From a virus, in IMG/VR virus record IMGVR_UViG_3300045988_182896, positions 1-45,571 of that record: a stretch of DNA of 45,571 nt; one strand, written 5' to 3'. The translations under genes were made by a program, and so were the position numbers. The notes under the pieces are model-generated. The model searched no databases. It was not told the origin of the DNA and saw nothing but the letters and a program-made list of their open reading frames with translations. This document shows, one piece after another, positions 41,362 to 45,571 of this stretch. The stretch's first letter is position 1; each line of letters starts with the position of its first letter.

Positions 41362-41567
41362 AGGTTTTTTCCTCTCGAATTTTTTACCGCAATCTTATGA
41401 ACATCATTATACAAGTCATTATCAATCTTATTTAGCATTTTTAGCATGTGATACCCAATTGTGCTATGAGGTACTCCAAAAGCCTCTGAGCATTCTTTAT
41501 ATGTTGCTCTTCTTTGCACAATGTACATCGCCTCTTCAACTATTTGTCCCTGAGTATACTTTTTCAT
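41349..41567 (-). CDS. SpoIIID-like HTH DNA-binding protein, 72 aa
   Basis: IVEEAMYIVQRRATYKECSEAFGVPHSTIGYHMLKMLNKIDNDLYNDVHKIAVKN parallels recalled B. subtilis SpoIIID IKIGKYIVETKKTVRVIAKEFGVSKSTVHKDLTERLPEINPDLANEVKEILDYH. Start set at ATG 41567, after GAGAGGT. Confidence 0.55.
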   Translation of the reverse strand: MKKYTQGQIVEEAMYIVQRRATYKECSEAFGVPHSTIGYHMLKMLNKIDNDLYNDVHKIAVKNSRGKNLCRN

Positions 41568-41586
41568 ATTTTTAACCTCTCTATTT

Positions 41587-42516
41587 TTATTTTGTTCCAT
41601 ACGTTTCTTTTTCTTTGGCCATTAGCTCTTTTCTAATAGAATCTATATCATCAAAGCTAACAAATCCTCTGTCAAAAAAACAAGGAATTTCACACTCACC
41701 CATTGGGTTACAAACCTTTGATTTTACAACTTTGCATTTTATCACCAAACCAACATTTTTATCTTTCGCTGAATTTGTTGTGTCATATCTATTCGGTATT
41801 TTTATCCATTCCACCCTATTCACTTGAATTCTTATTGATGCATAATGTTTTAATGCCCTTCCTCCAGGTGTATGTGTAGTTGGCCCGAATAACATTCCTC
41901 CCATTTCATCCCTAAGTTGATTTATGAAAATCCACGTTGTCCCCATTTCCTCAGCTTTTGGTACAATCTTTGGCAATTTTGAACTCAACAAAGCTGCTAT
42001 TCTACCTCTTTGTGCTTCTTTTTCAAAATCAGTTTCTTCAAATTCTTTTCTAGTTATTAAAGATGGTACAGAATCTATAGCTACAATATCTGCTCCAGCT
42101 TTTGTCACAGTATATCCAGCTTTTAGCGCCTCTTCGCCAACATTTGCTCTTGACACAAATAGATGACCTTTTTTACAGCCCATAACTTTTGCTCTTTTTG
42201 CGTCAAATGTTCCTTCAATTGGTATATCTAATGCTGTATCTACTTGCGACATTAGATGATATAATAATGTTGTTTTACCCGCTGATTCTGGTCCAAATAT
42301 TTCTATTATTCTCCCTTTTGGCATTCCTCCTCCCAAAATATTATCTAACGATTCTATTCCAGTAGAAAAACGGGGTATTTCCAAATTTGAACCTTTAGAA
42401 CCTAGTGCATATACCGTTCCTTCACCAAACTCATCATTTATTGCTTTTAAGGCATTTATTACATTTGTCTTTTTGTCGAGTCGCTTGTCATACTTAAATT
42501 CACTTTTTTTAGCCAT
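41587..42516 (-). CDS. recA: RecA-like recombinase, 309 aa
   Basis: FSTGIESLDNILGGGMPKGRIIEIFGPESAGKTTL matches the RecA Walker A region (TGS..LD.ALG.GG.P.GRI.EI.GPESSGKTTL). Confidence 0.85.
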   Translation of the reverse strand: MAKKSEFKYDKRLDKKTNVINALKAINDEFGEGTVYALGSKGSNLEIPRFSTGIESLDNILGGGMPKGRIIEIFGPESAGKTTLLYHLMSQVDTALDIPIEGTFDAKRAKVMGCKKGHLFVSRANVGEEALKAGYTVTKAGADIVAIDSVPSLITRKEFEETDFEKEAQRGRIAALLSSKLPKIVPKAEEMGTTWIFINQLRDEMGGMLFGPTTHTPGGRALKHYASIRIQVNRVEWIKIPNRYDTTNSAKDKNVGLVIKCKVVKSKVCNPMGECEIPCFFDRGFVSFDDIDSIRKELMAKEKETYGTK

Positions 42517-42567
42517 TCATTTTACCTTCTACTTGTGCTAAAGCTTCAATATTTTTTATCTGTTTAT

Positions 42568-42596
42568 ATTATACACTATTTTAATCAAAAAGTAAA
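42568..42596 (-). promoter_or_regulatory. Promoter H: -35 TTTACT (42596..42591), 17-nt spacer, TATAAT (42573..42568)
   Basis: Minus strand reads GGTGAAAAAATTGCAAAAAACTATTTACTTTTTGATTAAAATAGTGTATAATATAAA. Confidence 0.55.
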
Positions 42597-42614
42597 TAGT
42601 TTTTTGCAATTTTT

Positions 42615-45284
42615 TCACCAAATTTTTAAATTTTTAGAATAAATTTGTGAGTTGTAAGCTAATACTCTCCGCATATATTTTTTTTCAACAAACTCAAATG
42701 CTCCAGCTTCCCTCAATATTTCAATTGTTCTTCTTGTAATTGCCCTCCGTTTCATTTTTGGCAACTCTTGCCATTTTTCTTCAAAATCTGGATAATCAAT
42801 ATATGGCCCGTTTTCTATGATTATTTGCGCAGCTTTTTCACCTATACCTTTTATTGCACTTAACCCTTCCTGTATTACTTTATCGCCATGAAATTCTGTT
42901 ATTTCGTAGTTTACCGACCCATTAACATGCGGAAGCATTATAATACAACCATCTTTTACAGCTTTATTCTTGTATACGTCCCTCTTTTTATCATCACCTT
43001 CAAATTTTAAAGTTGCACACCAAAAATCTATAGGATGTTCCAATTTTAATTCCATTGCCTTGTAGCTAATTAGACTATATGCCGCACAATGCCCTTTATT
43101 AAATGAATATAATGTAACCCTATCATATAGCTTTTTTGCATCTTCTTTCGTGAAACCAGAGTATTTTACCGCACCTTTCACAAATGTATCTCTCAATGGG
43201 TCTTCATTCTCATCACTGCTTTGTTTTAATGATTTCATAACCTTGTCGACATCTTGCCATTTCATATGTGCAATATTTCTGCAAATTCTCATGACGTGCT
43301 CTTGGAATATAATAGTACCATATGATTCCTTTGTATACTCAAACCATGGCATATTCCTGTTATTTGTTATGTTCAATTTGCCTTCTACAAAATCATCTAA
43401 AACCCCCAACTGTAATGGCGCAGGTCTATTTAGCGCATTTGCTGCAATTAAATCTTGTATGTTGTCACATTCTATTCTTTCTAGTATTTCTTTTGCTGTA
43501 CCTTTTTCAAATTGGAATACACCTTCAGTTCTGCCTTCCCTAAATGCCTCAAATACATCATCATTATCAACATCTTGCCAATTTATCTTTTCTCCAGTAG
43601 TTCTACATATTTCATGCAAAATCGATGCTGTTGACAATCCTAATATATCCATTTTCAAAACATTTATTTTACCCAAATCATTTAAATCAAAACTTGTTTG
43701 AAGTATTCCGCCCCTTTTCATCAATGCTACTCTTTCACCAATTGGTCCAACTGTTATTGCGACACCAGCAGCATGCTTTCCAATAAACCTAACTTGACCA
43801 TATAATCTACAAAAATGCTTTACGATATTTTTGTATTTTCTATCGATTTGCCTTGCTAATGGATTATGCATTATCACATTTTCATCAGCTGTATCATCAA
43901 CAACAAGCTTTTCCAAAACATCCTTGAACTTCTTTTTATCTTCTGGCTCCATCTCGTATACCTTAGCTAAGTCGTTTGCTAAATTTTTTACTTTATAGTA
44001 CCCAAATGTTGCTATTTGTGCAGCTCTACCCTCATGACGTTTCATGATATATTCAAGAATTAAATGCCTTTCAGCTTGACCAAAATCCATATCAATATCT
44101 GGCAATTTCTTTTTATCTGGGCGTAAAAACCTTTCAAAGTCTGTCCCCATAACTATTGGGTCAACTTCTGTTATTCCTATCAAATTAGCAACTAGACTTC
44201 CACAAACAGAACCTCTTCCTGGTCCAACAGGGATGTTATTGTCTTTCGCGTATTTTACTATGTCATAACAAAGTAAAAAATAATCTTGTAAACCCAAATC
44301 GTCTATAATAACACCAAGCTCATATTTTGCTCTTTTCTTATATTCTCCAAATGATTTTTTACTTAATCCCTCTTTCTTTACTTTTCTTTTTAGCCCTCTT
44401 TTTGTTAAGCTCCTTAATTTCTCATCCGATGGCATTCCCCAATCAAATGTTGGTACTGATTCAGCAAATTCAAGTTGTACATCACATCTATTAGCTAGCT
44501 TTTGTGTATTTGCTATAGCTTTTAATGCTCTTTTACCATGCATTTCATTTGTTTTTAAGTAAACTTCTTCACCAGTAGGCATATACCGTTCTGAATAATC
44601 CGCTATATTTACGTGACCAGCTATCTTATGCATGACCAAATACGTATCGTATTCTTCCTTTTTTGTATAGTGACTATCACATGTTACTATGCACTCTATG
44701 CCTAACTTTTCACCTAAATCTAAAACAAATTCATTTGCACCTTCTTGGTCACAATCATCTAAATGATACGGCATTATTTCCATATAGAATCTGTCACCAA
44801 AAATTTCTTTAAATTTTTTTGCAGCCTTTATAGCATTGCTTTTCTTGCCCTGTAAAAACATATTTGGTATATACCCTGCAACACAAGCAGAACTAACAAT
44901 CAAACCTTCATTATATTTCTTTAACAATTCAAATGTTACAGTTGCGGTTCTATAAAAATATTTATCATTCGCTTCAGTTAATAACTGCGATAAATTTTTA
45001 TAACCAACATTATTCATAGCAAAAATACACAAATGATATTTCTTTTTTTCTTGATTAAATTTAGGCTGAAAGTATGCCTCTACACCAAGTATTGGTTTTA
45101 TGCCAACTTCATTACATGCTGTATAATGTTCTATAATGCCGGATACTGTACCATGGTCTGTTAAGCCTAAAGCAGTTTGTCCCATATCCTTAGCATGTTT
45201 TGCAGCATCTATAGCTTTACCATAACCATCAAATTGTGAATGTTGTGCATGTCTATGTAAATTAACAAAGCAATTTTTATACAT
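42615..45284 (-). CDS. dnaE: DNA polymerase III alpha subunit-like replicative polymerase (PHP + DnaE core), 889 aa
   Basis: The N-terminal PHP motif NLHRHAQHSQFDGYG...LGLTDHGTVSG and a DnaE-like core (GPGRGSVCGSLVANLIGIT, PDIDMDF). Start set at ATG 45284, overlapping the upstream TAA (TAATG). Confidence 0.85.
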   Translation of the reverse strand: MYKNCFVNLHRHAQHSQFDGYGKAIDAAKHAKDMGQTALGLTDHGTVSGIIEHYTACNEVGIKPILGVEAYFQPKFNQEKKKYHLCIFAMNNVGYKNLSQLLTEANDKYFYRTATVTFELLKKYNEGLIVSSACVAGYIPNMFLQGKKSNAIKAAKKFKEIFGDRFYMEIMPYHLDDCDQEGANEFVLDLGEKLGIECIVTCDSHYTKKEEYDTYLVMHKIAGHVNIADYSERYMPTGEEVYLKTNEMHGKRALKAIANTQKLANRCDVQLEFAESVPTFDWGMPSDEKLRSLTKRGLKRKVKKEGLSKKSFGEYKKRAKYELGVIIDDLGLQDYFLLCYDIVKYAKDNNIPVGPGRGSVCGSLVANLIGITEVDPIVMGTDFERFLRPDKKKLPDIDMDFGQAERHLILEYIMKRHEGRAAQIATFGYYKVKNLANDLAKVYEMEPEDKKKFKDVLEKLVVDDTADENVIMHNPLARQIDRKYKNIVKHFCRLYGQVRFIGKHAAGVAITVGPIGERVALMKRGGILQTSFDLNDLGKINVLKMDILGLSTASILHEICRTTGEKINWQDVDNDDVFEAFREGRTEGVFQFEKGTAKEILERIECDNIQDLIAANALNRPAPLQLGVLDDFVEGKLNITNNRNMPWFEYTKESYGTIIFQEHVMRICRNIAHMKWQDVDKVMKSLKQSSDENEDPLRDTFVKGAVKYSGFTKEDAKKLYDRVTLYSFNKGHCAAYSLISYKAMELKLEHPIDFWCATLKFEGDDKKRDVYKNKAVKDGCIIMLPHVNGSVNYEITEFHGDKVIQEGLSAIKGIGEKAAQIIIENGPYIDYPDFEEKWQELPKMKRRAITRRTIEILREAGAFEFVEKKYMRRVLAYNSQIYSKNLKIW

Positions 45285-45571
45285 TACTTGTACCACCTTT
45301 TGAAATAACATTTATAATTTGCTATGTCTTCACTTTCCAAATCTACATAATCTAATAAACCAAACTTGTACAATATTTCATTTATTATTAACTTCATTTG
45401 TATATTACTGTCATTATAGTTATCTAAAAATCTTAGTATTTTAACTTTATATAATATATTATTATTAACTGATTCGGCTTGCATTTTTTTTGCAACTTTG
45501 ATGAATTCTTCTATTTTATTTGCATTATTTGCAGCCTGCACTGTTCCGTCGAAAAATGGAATTGTTTTTGG
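45284..45571 (-). CDS. C-terminal part of the dCMP hydroxymethylase-like gene (continuation of 782..1 across the junction)
   Basis: 45483..45571 duplicates 1..89. The frame is continuous (K-K-M-Q-A-E-S across the junction). The total is 981 nt on the 45,482-bp circle. Confidence 0.75.
   Translation of the reverse strand, partial: PKTIPFFDGTVQAANNANKIEEFIKVAKKMQAESVNNNILYKVKILRFLDNYNDSNIQMKLIINEILYKFGLLDYVDLESEDIANYKCYFKRWYK
45483..45571. repeat. Terminal direct repeat, copy 2 (identical to 1..89)
   Basis: Direct comparison of the two window ends. Confidence 0.95.

Noticed and set aside
5730-42596. Whether the dispersed conserved 60-70-nt intergenic elements could be a CRISPR array or MITE-like repeats
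   Set aside because: The copies are kilobases apart, always intergenic, always in the same orientation and directly upstream of genes. They have -35/-10 geometry with a fixed 17-nt spacer, so they are promoters rather than repeats-plus-spacers or mobile elements.
237-43701. All plus-strand ORFs in the track (for example 1710..2045, 4228..4599, 14928..15422, 21041..21532, 26182..26544, 29837..30349, 39770..40192, 41084..41575, 43150..43701)
   Set aside because: Each lies antisense to a longer minus-strand gene with recognisable function or tight operon packing. Their products are low-complexity, Phe/Leu/Ser/Ile-rich sequences, as expected from the T-rich plus strand. None has a convincing SD.
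1-45571. Alternative genetic code or stop-codon reassignment (prompted by the odd tRNAs and the in-frame TAA at 6353..6355)
   Set aside because: All large genes (TMP, polymerase, portal, terL, capsid) are intact uninterrupted ORFs in the standard code. None of the tRNAs has a CUA, UUA or UCA anticodon.
1-45571. A lysogeny module (integrase, CI/Cro-like repressor pair, attP)
   Set aside because: No ORF shows tyrosine or serine recombinase motifs or a divergent repressor/antirepressor arrangement. All transcription is unidirectional. Absence is based on by-eye inspection only.

Overview
The window is a complete, AT-rich tailed-phage genome. Its two ends are an identical 89-bp direct repeat (1..89 = 45483..45571), so the unique length is about 45,482 bp and one gene is split across the contig junction. 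Every credible gene is on the minus strand; the plus-strand ORFs in the track look like antisense shadows. In transcription order (high to low coordinates) the genome reads:

- Replication and recombination: PolIII-alpha-like polymerase, RecA-like, SpoIIID-like HTH, Cas4-like nuclease, RuvC-like resolvase.
- Many small Zn-ribbon early proteins, dCMP deaminase and a divergent ThyX-like protein.
- A tRNA island with unexplained non-coding RNA-like sequence.
- Putative terS and PBSX-type terL.
- An unusually placed block between terL and portal: a 697-aa protein, an LL-H-type holin and a GH25 endolysin.
- Head genes: portal, SPP1 gp7-like head morphogenesis protein, scaffold, decoration protein, gpE-family capsid and connectors.
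- Siphovirus tail: major tail protein, chaperone pair, tape measure, Dit, Tal-like protein and fibre.
- XhlA-like membrane proteins and a sigma-region-4-like regulator.
- A terminator-bounded accessory cassette.
- A GGCT-like enzyme, primase and a Zn-SSB.
- A four-gene block resembling the T4 cytosine-replacement pathway: gp56-like dCTPase, Tmk-like kinase, T4 beta-glucosyltransferase-like GT, and a gp42-like dCMP hydroxymethylase that wraps the junction.

Main hypothesis: a small Firmicutes/Clostridia-type siphovirus replaces C with a glycosylated 5-hydroxymethyl-type cytosine. A recurring promoter family is visible at 8-9 sites: a palindromic ATGTACAT -35 region, an exact 17-nt spacer and TG-extended TATAAT.

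All homology statements rest on hand translation and recalled motifs, not on database searches. No integrase, repressor, CRISPR array or replicative helicase was recognised.
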